A program made the position numbers and the translations under genes. Shown here piece after piece: positions 25,385 through 35,015 of a stretch of 64,000 nt of DNA (within the stretch, counting starts at the first letter, position 1; every line of letters starts with the position of its first letter). The DNA is from Candidatus Eiseniibacteriota bacterium (GTDB taxonomy: Bacteria > Eisenbacteria > RBG-16-71-46 > CAVPCR01): positions 2,144,001-2,208,000 of the forward strand of contig CAWGMA010000001.1 in assembly GCA_963823555.1 (NCBI GenBank). Direction: 5' to 3'. The notes below the pieces were generated by a model. It saw nothing but the letters and a program-made list of their open reading frames with translations. It did not search any database and was not told the DNA's origin.

Positions 25385-26493
25385 TGGAACTCAAGGACCA
25401 CCATCTCGCCCCGCCTGCCGCGCACCCCGGCGTGCTCTACGAGGAGCGGCCGCTCCTGGATCTCGAGGGACGCGCCGTCCCCGGCCTGCACACGGTCTGG
25501 ATCACGCTCGACAACCCGCGCCAGCTCAACTCCTATACCACCGACATGGTGAAAGGCGTGATCCTCGGCATGCGCCGGGCCTCGAACGACCGCGCCTGTA
25601 TCGCCGTGGTGTTCACGGGCAGCGGCAACCGGGCCTTCTGCACCGGCGGCAACACCGCCGAGTACGCCGAGTACTACGCCGGCCGACCCGAGGAATACCG
25701 CCAGTACATGCGGCTGTTCAACGACATGGTGAGCGGCATCCTCTCCTGCGACAAGCCGGTCATCTGTCGCGTCAACGGCATGCGGATCGCAGGCGGGCAG
25801 GAGATCGGGATGGCATGCGACTTCTCCGTGACCCAGGATCTGGCCCTCTTCGGTCAGGCCGGCCCGCGTCACGGCTCGGCGCCGGACGGCGGCTCGACCG
25901 ACTTCCTGCCGCTCTTCGTCGGCATCGAGGCCGCCATGGAGAGCTGCACCCTGTGCGAACCATGGAGCGCGCACAAGGCCTTCCGGCTCGGCCTCGTCAC
26001 CCGGGTGGTGCCCGCGCTCAAGGTCGACGGCCGCTTCATTCCCAATCCGCTCGTCATCACCGATCGCTGGGTCGGAGACGAAGGCCAGATCGTCTACGGG
26101 GAAACGCGACCGGGCCAGGAGCGAGCGGAGGGCAAGGCGCTCCTCGAGCGCGGCGAGGTCGATCTCAAGCGTCTCGACCGCACCATCGACGAGTTCGTGT
26201 GGAAGCTGGCCCATACCATGCCCGGCTGTCTCACCAAGACGATCGAGAGCGTGCGCAAGCACAAGCTCGAGCACTGGGATCGCAACAAGGAATCGAACCG
26301 CGCCTGGCTCGGTCTCAACATGATGACCGAAGGGCGAGCCGGCTTCCGTGCCTTCCATGAAGGATCGCGCGAATGCCGGGAGGCCGACTTCCTGCTCCTC
26401 CGCCGCCGTCTCGCCGAGGGCAAGATGTGGGGCGAAGAGCTCACGGCCGAGATCCTCGCCCGGGCGCACGGCAAGACGCCGGCGAACGCGTAG
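25381..26493 (+). CDS. oah: 6-oxocyclohex-1-ene-1-carbonyl-CoA hydrolase
   Basis: WITLDNPRQLNSYTT, AFCTGGNT.EYAEYYAG.P.EYRQYMRLFNDMV, GQAGPRHGSAP.GG.TDFLP and WD.NKE..RAWL.LNM. Confidence 0.95.
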   Translation: MMELKDHHLAPPAAHPGVLYEERPLLDLEGRAVPGLHTVWITLDNPRQLNSYTTDMVKGVILGMRRASNDRACIAVVFTGSGNRAFCTGGNTAEYAEYYAGRPEEYRQYMRLFNDMVSGILSCDKPVICRVNGMRIAGGQEIGMACDFSVTQDLALFGQAGPRHGSAPDGGSTDFLPLFVGIEAAMESCTLCEPWSAHKAFRLGLVTRVVPALKVDGRFIPNPLVITDRWVGDEGQIVYGETRPGQERAEGKALLERGEVDLKRLDRTIDEFVWKLAHTMPGCLTKTIESVRKHKLEHWDRNKESNRAWLGLNMMTEGRAGFRAFHEGSRECREADFLLLRRRLAEGKMWGEELTAEILARAHGKTPANA

Positions 26494-26524
26494 CCCTGCA
26501 GCGACAGGAGGCAGGAGGAAGGTC

Positions 26525-27691
26525 ATGACCGAGCTCGCGGCGCTCGTCGCCCGCGCCGAGGAACTCTACCGGGACTACCGTCTCACGCCGGTGCGCGAGT
26601 GGAAGGCGCGCACCGGCGGGCTCGCCGTCGGCTTCATGCCGATCTACGTCCCGCGCGAGATCCTCACCGCCCAGGGCGTGCTGCCCGTCGGCCTCATGGG
26701 GGGCGGCGACGATCTCGAGATCATCCGTGGTGACGCCTTCTACCAGTCCTACATCTGCCACATCCCGCGCTCGACCATCGAGCTCGGCTTGAACTCGAGC
26801 TACGATTGCCTCGACGGCGTTCTGTTCCCTGCGATCTGCGATGTGATCCGCAACCTCTCCGGGATGTGGAAACTCCAGTTCGCGGACAAGCTCGTGCGCT
26901 ATCTCGACGTGCCGCAGAACTTCGACGGCGCGATCGGCGGTCGCTTCTACCGCCACGAGCTCGAGGAGCTGATCCGGGATCTCGCGGCACGCGGCGCCAG
27001 ACCATACGATCCCGCGGCGCTCGGGGCGGCGATCGGTCTCTACAATGAGAACCGTCGCCTCGTGGCCGAGCTCTATGCGCTCCGCCTGGAGGAGCCATGG
27101 CGCGTACCGACAGCCGAGCTCTACGTGATCCTGCGCGCGGCGCTCGTCCTGCCGGTCGAGGAGTCGACCGCGATGTTCGCCCGCTATCGCGATCTCGTCC
27201 GCGCCGACGCGGAGCGCAAGCCGATGGATCAGGCCCGCGTGGTCCTGACCGGTTCCTTCTGCGAGCAGCCTCCGCTCGGCCTCATCAAGACCCTGGAGCG
27301 CTCCGGCTGTTACATCGTCGACGACGACTTCGTCCAGGTCCACCGTTGGATCCGCGGCGACATCGCCACCGCGGGCGATCCGCTCGGGAACCTGGTCACC
27401 GCCTTCCTCGATCAATCGATCGCGAGCCCGGTGCGCTACATCGGTGCCGACGTCAAGGGGCGGGACCTGGTCGAGCGCGTCGCGGCGAGCGCAGCCGAAG
27501 GGGTGCTGTTCTGCGCCCCGAGCTTCTGCGATCCGGCGCTCCTCGACCAGCCGATGGTGACCCGTGCGCTCGACCGGGCCGGAACTCCCTGGACCGCGTT
27601 CAAGTACGCCGAGAACAACGGCCAGTTCCAGGTCATCCGGGAGCAGGCCGGAACGTTTGCCGACTCGATCAAGCTGTGGAGCAGCGCCTAG
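26525..27691 (+). CDS. bcrC: Benzoyl-CoA reductase subunit C
   Basis: RGDAFYQSYICHIPRSTIELGL, CDVIRNLSGMW, GSFCEQPP, PSFCDPALLDQP and EQAGTFADSIKLWS. Confidence 0.93.
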   Translation: MTELAALVARAEELYRDYRLTPVREWKARTGGLAVGFMPIYVPREILTAQGVLPVGLMGGGDDLEIIRGDAFYQSYICHIPRSTIELGLNSSYDCLDGVLFPAICDVIRNLSGMWKLQFADKLVRYLDVPQNFDGAIGGRFYRHELEELIRDLAARGARPYDPAALGAAIGLYNENRRLVAELYALRLEEPWRVPTAELYVILRAALVLPVEESTAMFARYRDLVRADAERKPMDQARVVLTGSFCEQPPLGLIKTLERSGCYIVDDDFVQVHRWIRGDIATAGDPLGNLVTAFLDQSIASPVRYIGADVKGRDLVERVAASAAEGVLFCAPSFCDPALLDQPMVTRALDRAGTPWTAFKYAENNGQFQVIREQAGTFADSIKLWSSA

Positions 27692-27723
27692 GTGCACCGC
27701 TCGACCCCGGGCAAGGAGAAGCC

Positions 27724-29046
27724 ATGACCAACGATGCCGCGCAGAAGGACTCGAGCCAGATCCGCCAGAAGGACATGATCGCGGATCACTACCGGCGCTT
27801 GGCCCGCGCCCCCGAGACCGGGGACAAGTGCGCGTACACCTTCGTGCCGGGAAACCTGACCGAGCTCCTGCGCGCCTTCGATCTCCTGCCCGTGCTGCCC
27901 GAGATCAACGCCCTGCAGTCGGGGATGCGGGGCAAGTCCCGTGACTTCATCTCGCTCGCCGAGAAGCTCGGCCACTCCGAGGATGTCTGTACCTACGTCA
28001 AGTGCGATCTCGGAATGATGAAATCGGGAAATGTCGGCCCGACGGGCGAGCCGCTGCCGAAGCCCGATCTCCTGCTCCTCTCCTATACCGGCTGCTTCAC
28101 CTTCATGAAGTGGTTCGAGATCCTGCGTGAGGAGTACGATTGTCCGGTGGTCATGCTGCACGTGCCCTACCAGGGAGACGGCGTCATCACCGACTCGATG
28201 CGCCGCTACGTCGTCGATCAGCTCGAAGGCGAGGTGATCCCGGCGCTGGAGCGGGTCTCCGGCCAGCGCTACGACGAGGACCGGCTGAAGGGGATGCTCG
28301 CGCTCTCGGCCCGGGCCGAGGATGATCTGGTCTGGGTGCTCGAAGCGGCCAAGCACCGGCCTTCCCCGATCGATGCCTACTTCGGCGGGGTCTACTACAT
28401 CGGCCCCATCTTCACCGCCTTCCGCGGCATGCCGGAGGCCGTCGACTACTATCGCCTGCTGCGCGCGGAGGTGGCCGAGCGTATCGCCGCCGGCAAGGGA
28501 CCGGTGACCCCGGACGGCGAGATGGATGAGGAGAGGTTCCGCATCGTCGTCGAGGGGCCGCCCAACTGGACGAGCTTTCGCCAGTTCTGGAAGATGTTCG
28601 CCGATGAGGGCGCCGTGGTCGTCGCCTCCACCTACACCAAGGTGGGCGGTGTCTATGACCTCGGCTTCCGCCACGATCCGACCCGGCCGCTCGAGACGCT
28701 GGCCGATTACTGCATGGGCTGCTACACCAATCTCAACCTGCCCTCGCGCACCGACATGCTGTGCCGTTATCTCACCGAGTATGACGCCGACGGGCTCCTC
28801 ATCAACTCGATCAAGAGCTGCAACTCCTTCAGCGCCGGTCAGCTCCTGATCCTGCGCGAGGTCGAGCGACGGACCGGACGGCCAGGCGGCTTCATCGAGA
28901 GCGACCTCGTCGATCCGCGCTACTTCTCCGCCTCCAACATCAAGAACCGGCTCGAATCGTACTTCCAGATGATCGAGCAGAAGCGCCAGGGCGCCGCGGC
29001 ACGGGCGGCGGCGGCCGGCGGCACACCCTCCGGAGCCTCATCGTGA
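27724..29046 (+). CDS. bcrB: Benzoyl-CoA reductase subunit B
   Basis: TFVPGNL.EL, PEINALQ, GHSEDVCTYVKCD, SYTGCFTFMKWFE, SIKSCNSFSAGQL and DLVDPRYFS. Confidence 0.93.
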   Translation: MTNDAAQKDSSQIRQKDMIADHYRRLARAPETGDKCAYTFVPGNLTELLRAFDLLPVLPEINALQSGMRGKSRDFISLAEKLGHSEDVCTYVKCDLGMMKSGNVGPTGEPLPKPDLLLLSYTGCFTFMKWFEILREEYDCPVVMLHVPYQGDGVITDSMRRYVVDQLEGEVIPALERVSGQRYDEDRLKGMLALSARAEDDLVWVLEAAKHRPSPIDAYFGGVYYIGPIFTAFRGMPEAVDYYRLLRAEVAERIAAGKGPVTPDGEMDEERFRIVVEGPPNWTSFRQFWKMFADEGAVVVASTYTKVGGVYDLGFRHDPTRPLETLADYCMGCYTNLNLPSRTDMLCRYLTEYDADGLLINSIKSCNSFSAGQLLILREVERRTGRPGGFIESDLVDPRYFSASNIKNRLESYFQMIEQKRQGAAARAAAAGGTPSGASS

Positions 29047-30356
29047 AATACTGTGTCGGCATCGATCTTGGATCCACGACGACCAAGGCCGTGGTCCTCG
29101 GCGAGTCCGGGACCATCCTCGGGCGCGGCATCACCAATAGCCGCAGCAACTACACCGTGGCCTGTGCCGTCGCCCTGGGCGAGGCGCTGATCAACGCCCG
29201 CTTCGGGCTCATCGCTCAGGAGCTCGAGCGAGCCCAGGTGTCCCCTCCCAGGCAGGCGGAGTGGCTCGCCGAGATCGAGCGTCTGTTCCGCATGCACCAG
29301 TACCGCCACCAGCTCCAGGTGCTGGCCGAGGTCATGCACGAACAGCTGACCCGCGACCACGGGGGGCAGGAGCATGAACTCCGCGACGCGCTCGAGTCGA
29401 TCCTCGACCACATGGAGGCGGAGACCGCCGAGCTCTATGCCGCCGGCGCCCGGCGCAAGAGCGACTTCTTCCGCGACCTCGCCGGCAGCCGGTATGCCGC
29501 CCACGCCGAGGAGATGAGCCGCGCGCGGGGCCTCGGGTTCGACCGGCTGGTCGGCTGCTTCGACCGCGCCATCCTCGACGTGGAGAACCGGCCCTCGGCG
29601 GAGAATGCCTTCGAGACCCTGATCGCCGCCGCCCTCGAGGCGATGCCCCAGGCGACCGCGGAGCTCCGCAAGGCGGTCGACCGCGCCGCGCGAGAGGAGC
29701 TCACCCGCGCCCGCTCGATCGGCACCGGATACGGGCGGCAGACCCTCCCCTTCCCCAAGGAGCAGATTCGCTCGGAGATCCTCTGTCATGGCCTCGGCGC
29801 GCACGCCATGTTCCCGGGAACCCGCACCGTGCTCGATATCGGCGGCCAGGACACCAAGGCGATCCAGGTCGACGATCAGGGGATCGTCACTTCGTTCCAG
29901 ATGAACGACCGCTGTGCCGCCGGTTGCGGGCGCTACCTGGGCTACATCGCGGACGAGATGAACCTCGGCTTGCACGAGCTGGGACCGATGGCCTGCGAGT
30001 CCTCGCGCCCGGTGCGCATCAACTCGACCTGCACCGTGTTCGCGGGCGCCGAGCTCCGCGAGCGACTCTCCCTCGGCGAGCGCCGCGAGGACATCCTCGC
30101 CGGTCTCCATCGCGCGATCATCCTCCGCGCCATGTCGCTGCTCGCCCGCTCGGGAGGGATCACGGACGAGTTCACCTTCACCGGCGGCGTGGCCAAGAAC
30201 CCGGCGGCGGTCGACGCGCTCTCGGGACTCATCCAGGACCACTACGGGACCCTCACCACGAACATCTCGCCCGATTCCATCTATACCGGAGCGCTCGGGG
30301 CCGCGCTCTTCGCGCATCGCGAGATCGATCGAGTCCCGGCGGAGGCGGCATCATGA
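29043..30356 (+). CDS. bcrA: Benzoyl-CoA reductase subunit A (ATPase)
   Basis: GIDLGSTTTKA, GITNSRSNY, GTGYGR, SEILCHG, DIGGQDTK and MNDRCAAGCGRYLG. Confidence 0.93.
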   Translation: MKYCVGIDLGSTTTKAVVLGESGTILGRGITNSRSNYTVACAVALGEALINARFGLIAQELERAQVSPPRQAEWLAEIERLFRMHQYRHQLQVLAEVMHEQLTRDHGGQEHELRDALESILDHMEAETAELYAAGARRKSDFFRDLAGSRYAAHAEEMSRARGLGFDRLVGCFDRAILDVENRPSAENAFETLIAAALEAMPQATAELRKAVDRAAREELTRARSIGTGYGRQTLPFPKEQIRSEILCHGLGAHAMFPGTRTVLDIGGQDTKAIQVDDQGIVTSFQMNDRCAAGCGRYLGYIADEMNLGLHELGPMACESSRPVRINSTCTVFAGAELRERLSLGERREDILAGLHRAIILRAMSLLARSGGITDEFTFTGGVAKNPAAVDALSGLIQDHYGTLTTNISPDSIYTGALGAALFAHREIDRVPAEAAS

Positions 30357-31228
30357 ACGGACCCGGGGACCACGGCGCCCTTGTCGTCGCCGGCATCGAT
30401 GTCGGCTCCTCGGCCGTGAAGGTGGCGATCGTCGAGGATCGCGGCGAGGCGGGCGCCCGGAAGCTCGGCGGTCGCTTCGAGCGCATTCGGCGCCGCGATC
30501 CACAACGGGTCGCTGCCGATCTGTTCACCGAATGCGTCGCGGAGGCCGGCGTCGGGCAGGACGACCTGGCGTACGTGGCGACCACCGGCGAGGGCGAGCT
30601 CATCCCGTTCCGCACCGGGCACTTCTACGGCATGACGACCCACGCCCGCGGCGGGCTCTTCCTCGTCCCCGAAGCCCGTGCCGTCATCGACATCGGCGCC
30701 CTGCACACGCGCGCCGTGCTCATCGACGATCGGGCCAAGGTGCTCGGCTACCGGATGACGAGCCAGTGCGCCTCGGGCTCGGGGCAGTTCCTCGAGAACA
30801 TCAGCCGCTACCTCGGCATCACGATCGACGAGGTGGGTCCGCTCTCGCTCGAGGCCGACGACCCCGAGGCCTGCTCCTCGATCTGCGCCGTGCTGGCCGA
30901 GACCGATGTCATCAACATGGTGTCCCGAGGAGTGTCCACGGCGAACATCATCAAGGGCATTCACCAGTCGATGGCGGGACGCTATCTCCGCCTCCTGGTC
31001 TCGGTCGGGGCGCGCGGGGTGGTCCTCGTCACCGGCGGCCTCGCCGCCGACACGGGCCTCATCGCCGCGCTGGAGGAGGCCGTGGTCGAACAGAAGGCGG
31101 CCTTCACGTTCAAGAGCCATCCCGACTCGGTGCTGGCGGGAGCACTGGGAGCGGCGATCTGGGGGGCCTTCCGGGTGCGCAAGCTCGCTGCCAAGGGAGT
31201 CAACCTCGGCGCCGGAGTGGGGTCGTGA
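30353..31228 (+). CDS. bcrD: Benzoyl-CoA reductase subunit D (ATPase)
   Basis: GIDVGS, TTGEGE, HFYGMTTHARG and MTSQCASGSGQFLENI.RYLG. Confidence 0.93.
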   Translation: MNGPGDHGALVVAGIDVGSSAVKVAIVEDRGEAGARKLGGRFERIRRRDPQRVAADLFTECVAEAGVGQDDLAYVATTGEGELIPFRTGHFYGMTTHARGGLFLVPEARAVIDIGALHTRAVLIDDRAKVLGYRMTSQCASGSGQFLENISRYLGITIDEVGPLSLEADDPEACSSICAVLAETDVINMVSRGVSTANIIKGIHQSMAGRYLRLLVSVGARGVVLVTGGLAADTGLIAALEEAVVEQKAAFTFKSHPDSVLAGALGAAIWGAFRVRKLAAKGVNLGAGVGS

Positions 31229-31977
31229 GCGCTCCCCGGACACTCGATCCCGCCATCGCCCGTCTGGTGTCCATCGCCGGCAAGACGGCGCTCGTCACCG
31301 GCAGCGCGGGCGGCATCGGGCAGGCCGTGGCGGCGCTCCTCGGCGCGGCCGGCGCCACGGTCCTCGGAGTCGACCTCCCGGGTCACGACTCGCCGACCGC
31401 CACACGCTCCCTCGGCTGCGATCTCGCCGACCCGGGGGCGATCAAGACCCTCATGGCCGAGGTCGCAGCCACCGCGCCCCGGCTCGACATCGTCGTCCAC
31501 TCGGCCGGCATCCGCCGCGACGCGGTGCTCTGGAAGCTCGAGGACGAAGCCTGGAACGAGGTCCTCACCGTGAACCTCGATTCGGCCTTTCACCTGCTGC
31601 GCGGCGCGGTCCCGCTCATGCGCGATCACGGCGGCGCGATCGTGCTCATCACCTCGATCAACGGCGAGCGCGGCAAGTTCGGGCAGTCGAACTACGCGGC
31701 CTCCAAGGCCGGCCTCATCGGCCTCGGGCGCACGGCTGCGCGCGAGCTCGGCAAGTTCGGGATCCGCGTCAACCTGGTCGCCCCGGGGATGGTGCGGACG
31801 CCGATGACCACGACCTTGAGCCCCGAGTTCCTGCGCGAGGCGGAGGCCGAGTCGGTGCTCGGCCGCCTCGGGGAGCCGGTGGACATCGCCGCCGCCATTC
31901 TCTTCTTGTGCTCGGACATGGGCCGCCACGTGAGCGGCCAGGTGCTGCGCGTCGATGGCGGGCAGCTCATCGCCTGA
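31225..31977 (+). CDS. Short-chain dehydrogenase/reductase (FabG/PhaB-like), probably CoA-ester beta-oxidation
   Basis: TGSAGGIG, SING.RGKFGQSNYAASKAG, N.VAPG and VDGG. GTG start overlaps the bcrD stop. Confidence 0.85.
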   Translation: MSAPRTLDPAIARLVSIAGKTALVTGSAGGIGQAVAALLGAAGATVLGVDLPGHDSPTATRSLGCDLADPGAIKTLMAEVAATAPRLDIVVHSAGIRRDAVLWKLEDEAWNEVLTVNLDSAFHLLRGAVPLMRDHGGAIVLITSINGERGKFGQSNYAASKAGLIGLGRTAARELGKFGIRVNLVAPGMVRTPMTTTLSPEFLREAEAESVLGRLGEPVDIAAAILFLCSDMGRHVSGQVLRVDGGQLIA

Positions 31978-31987
31978 TGGAGATCCG

Positions 31988-32452
31988 ATGGATAACGCGA
32001 ATGAAGTGATCGTCAGACGGCTCAAGCCGGAAGACCTGGAAGCGGTGATCCACCTCGACGCCAAGCTCACGGGCCGCCGGCGCACCGAGTACTTCAAGCT
32101 CAAGCTGAATCAGAACCTGACCGCAACCGGCATCGTGGTGTCGCTGGCCGCCGAGATCGACCGCCTCTTCGTCGGGTTCCTTCTCGCCCGCGTCTACTAC
32201 GGCGAGTTCGGCATGATCGAACCGGCGGCGGTTCTCGACACCTTCGGCGTGCACCCCGACTTCCGCCGCCGCGGCGTCGGGGCGGCCCTCTTGGGCCAGC
32301 TCTCGACCGATCTCCGCGGGCTCGGCGTGCCGCGCCTGCAGACCGAGGTCAGCTGGAGCGACCCCGAGCTCCTGACCTTCTTCCAGCACCAGGGATTCCG
32401 CCCGGCCGAGCGCTTCTGCCTCGATCTCGATCTCACGACTCCGCGGGAGTGA
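31988..32452 (+). CDS. GNAT family N-acetyltransferase
   Basis: Acetyl-CoA motif GVHPDFRRRGVGAALL and FF...GF near the C-terminus. Confidence 0.85.
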   Translation: MDNANEVIVRRLKPEDLEAVIHLDAKLTGRRRTEYFKLKLNQNLTATGIVVSLAAEIDRLFVGFLLARVYYGEFGMIEPAAVLDTFGVHPDFRRRGVGAALLGQLSTDLRGLGVPRLQTEVSWSDPELLTFFQHQGFRPAERFCLDLDLTTPRE

Positions 32453-32828
32453 CGATCCGCCCAGCACACGGCGCCCGCTGACAGGCGTCGGCACGGTGAG
32501 GTCACGCCTGCGGTCCGACTGCCATCGTGACAGCCCCCATCGGACCGACAGACGCCACTGTGACAGGACAGCATCCCGGCTCCCATCAGGCCGACAGCCG
32601 TTGCCGATTTTCAAGTCCTTGTCCGGGAACCGGTAAGCGACATTTCACAGGGAAGCGCAAATTCCTTGATCAGCCGGTATGCCGAGTGCATGCTGCGAAG
32701 GTTGGTCCGGTGGAAAACCGGGACCGACCCGGCCCACCGCCAACGAGGAGCGTCCGCACGTCAGAGGCTCCGCCTCTCTCGGAGAGGCGATGTCGAGGGA
32801 TGTCCCGGGTGGAGGAGGACTGAGTGCG

Positions 32829-33881
32829 ATGTTGTGGACGAAACGACTGATCTGGCTTGCCGTGATCTTGTTCCTGCCCCTCGGTTTCTTCGGCTGCGAC
32901 GATGATGAGAGCCCGCAGCCCGTGCCGCCGACCGTCGAGGAGCTTCTCACCGCCTCCCTGCACAACACGACTCGCGGCATGGAGTACTTCTACGAGACGG
33001 AGCAGGGCGGGTTCGAGGCCCTGACCGGGGTTTCCTACGACGCCCTGAGCTGCAAGAACTGCCACGTGACACCCGCCACCTGCAGCCAGTGCCACACCGA
33101 TGACACACCCACGGCCGGAGCCGAGGTGGAGGACTCGAAGTGCCTCGTCTGCCATGGCCGACAGGGCGCCGAGTCGAACCAGGGCTTCTCGGACGTGCAT
33201 CGCACGGCGGGCATGGGGTGCGGCGATTGCCACAGCGCCGATGACGTGCATGGAGACGGCGCGACGCACAACTCGATGCTCGAGCCGGGGGTGATCCTCG
33301 CCAAGTGCACGAACTGCCACGGCACGGACAGCTCGCCCCTGCCCGAGAACCTATACCACTCGACCCACGGGGCAAACATGGAGTGCTCCGCCTGCCACGT
33401 GCAGAGCATCGTCACCTGCTACAACTGCCACTTCGAGACCGAGGTCAACGAGCAGCGGAAGGTCGCTTACGGGCAATTCAAGAACTGGAAGTTCCTCTTG
33501 AAGCGCAAGGATACCGGCAAGATCGATGTCGGCAACTTCATGACCCTGACCTACGAGGGGAAGGCCCAGCTCGTCTTCGCGCCCTTCTACGCCCACACGG
33601 TGTCCTCGAACGCCATCTCTTCCTGCGGCGACTGTCACAACAACGCGTTCGTGCAGGAGTACACGAATACGGGCGAGATCCAGGTCGTCACCTGGAATGG
33701 CACGGCGCTCGAGCACCCGGAGGGCATCATCCCGGTGCCTCCCGACTGGGAGACCGCCCTCCAGTTCGATTACGTGACGATCACCGCGCCCGGAACGCCG
33801 CCGACCTGGGGGTCCATCACGCCGACCGAGGTCGGGAAACAGATGCTGTTCGCCGAACCGCTCGACGGCATGCCGCAGTAG
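32829..33881 (+). CDS. Octaheme cytochrome c lipoprotein
   Basis: Lipobox-like signal (LPLGFFG-C) and eight CxxCH motifs: CKNCH, CSQCH, CLVCH, CGDCH, CTNCH, CSACH, CYNCH, CGDCH. Confidence 0.88.
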   Translation: MLWTKRLIWLAVILFLPLGFFGCDDDESPQPVPPTVEELLTASLHNTTRGMEYFYETEQGGFEALTGVSYDALSCKNCHVTPATCSQCHTDDTPTAGAEVEDSKCLVCHGRQGAESNQGFSDVHRTAGMGCGDCHSADDVHGDGATHNSMLEPGVILAKCTNCHGTDSSPLPENLYHSTHGANMECSACHVQSIVTCYNCHFETEVNEQRKVAYGQFKNWKFLLKRKDTGKIDVGNFMTLTYEGKAQLVFAPFYAHTVSSNAISSCGDCHNNAFVQEYTNTGEIQVVTWNGTALEHPEGIIPVPPDWETALQFDYVTITAPGTPPTWGSITPTEVGKQMLFAEPLDGMPQ

Positions 33882-33911
33882 GGAGCGGTTTCGTCCACAG
33901 GCACGGTCATC

Positions 33912-33939
33912 GGGCCGCCCGGCGGGAGCCGGGCGGCCC
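33912..33939. terminator. GC-rich hairpin between convergent genes
   Basis: GGGCCGCCCGGC-ggga-GCCGGGCGGCCC: perfect 12-bp stem with a GNRA loop. Confidence 0.6.
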
Positions 33940-33967
33940 CGCTGCTTTGGGGCTGGCAGGACTGAGG

Positions 33968-34726
33968 TCACTCGCCGCGGTGGATGCCGAGCGGTCCCCA
34001 GGCCTGGCAGGTGGGCATCACTTCGAGGCTGTTGACATTGACGTGAGGGGGGAGATTCGTCACCCAGTAGACCATGTCTGCGATGTCCTCCGCTCGAAGC
34101 GGGGCCGTACCCTTGTAGACCGCTGCGGCGCGCTCGGCGTCGCCGTGAAAACGCACGATCGAGAACTCGGTCTCGGCAAGCCCGGGCTCCAGGTTGGTGA
34201 CCCTGACCGCCGTGCCGAGGAGGTCAGCGCGCAGGTTGCGCGAGAACTGGGCGACGAAGGCCTTGGTCGCGCCGTAGGCGTTGCCTCCCGGGTAGGGCCA
34301 GGCACCGGCGGTCGAACCGATGTTGACGACATGGCCGCGGTTCCGGGCTCGCATGCCGGGGAGGATGGCGCGCGTCACGTACATGAGGCCCTTGACGTTG
34401 GTGTCGACCATCGTCTCCCAGTCATCGAGCTCGGTCTGATCCGCCGGGGCCAGGCCGAGGGCGAGGCCGGCCGAGTTCACGAGCACATCGACCTCGCGGA
34501 ACCCGGCGGGCAGCCCTCCCAGCTGCTCGAAGACCGCCGCCCGATCGCGCACATCGAGCGGGAGCGGATGCACGGCGCTGGATGAACCCGCTTCGTCGGC
34601 CAGCGCGCGGAGCCGCTCCGCGCGGCGCCCGACCAGCACGAGCTTGTGACCGTGGCGTCCGAACAGACGAGCTGCCGCCGCCCCGAAACCGGATGAAGCT
34701 CCCGTGATCAGAACCGTTTGCGTCAT
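33968..34726 (-). CDS. YdfG-like NADP-dependent SDR (3-hydroxy acid dehydrogenase)
   Basis: TGASSGFG, AGLALGL.PA, YPGGNAYGATKAFV, EPGLAETEFS..RF.GD and P.HVN.N. AGGAGG RBS. Confidence 0.85.
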   Translation of the reverse strand: MTQTVLITGASSGFGAAAARLFGRHGHKLVLVGRRAERLRALADEAGSSSAVHPLPLDVRDRAAVFEQLGGLPAGFREVDVLVNSAGLALGLAPADQTELDDWETMVDTNVKGLMYVTRAILPGMRARNRGHVVNIGSTAGAWPYPGGNAYGATKAFVAQFSRNLRADLLGTAVRVTNLEPGLAETEFSIVRFHGDAERAAAVYKGTAPLRAEDIADMVYWVTNLPPHVNVNSLEVMPTCQAWGPLGIHRGE

Positions 34727-35015
34727 GGGGCACACCTCCTCACATCATCGTCCGATGTTGAGACTCCGCTCGCGCCAAGGAGTAAACCGCGCGGGGAGGC
34801 CAGTCAAGTAGCGCCCCGCTCGACCTCGACCCCAGGGGTTGGCGCTCGAGTCCCCGTGGTCTATAATGCGACCCATTCGCGCAGCCCATCGGCATCCCGG
34901 CCGGGGCCCGCGGTCACCACGGACGGTTCTGCCGCCCACCGCGCCCCTCGAACCGGTGCGCTCGCGCCCAACGCAACACGCAACCGGCTTCGCCCAGAAG
35001 CCAGGAGGTATCCCC

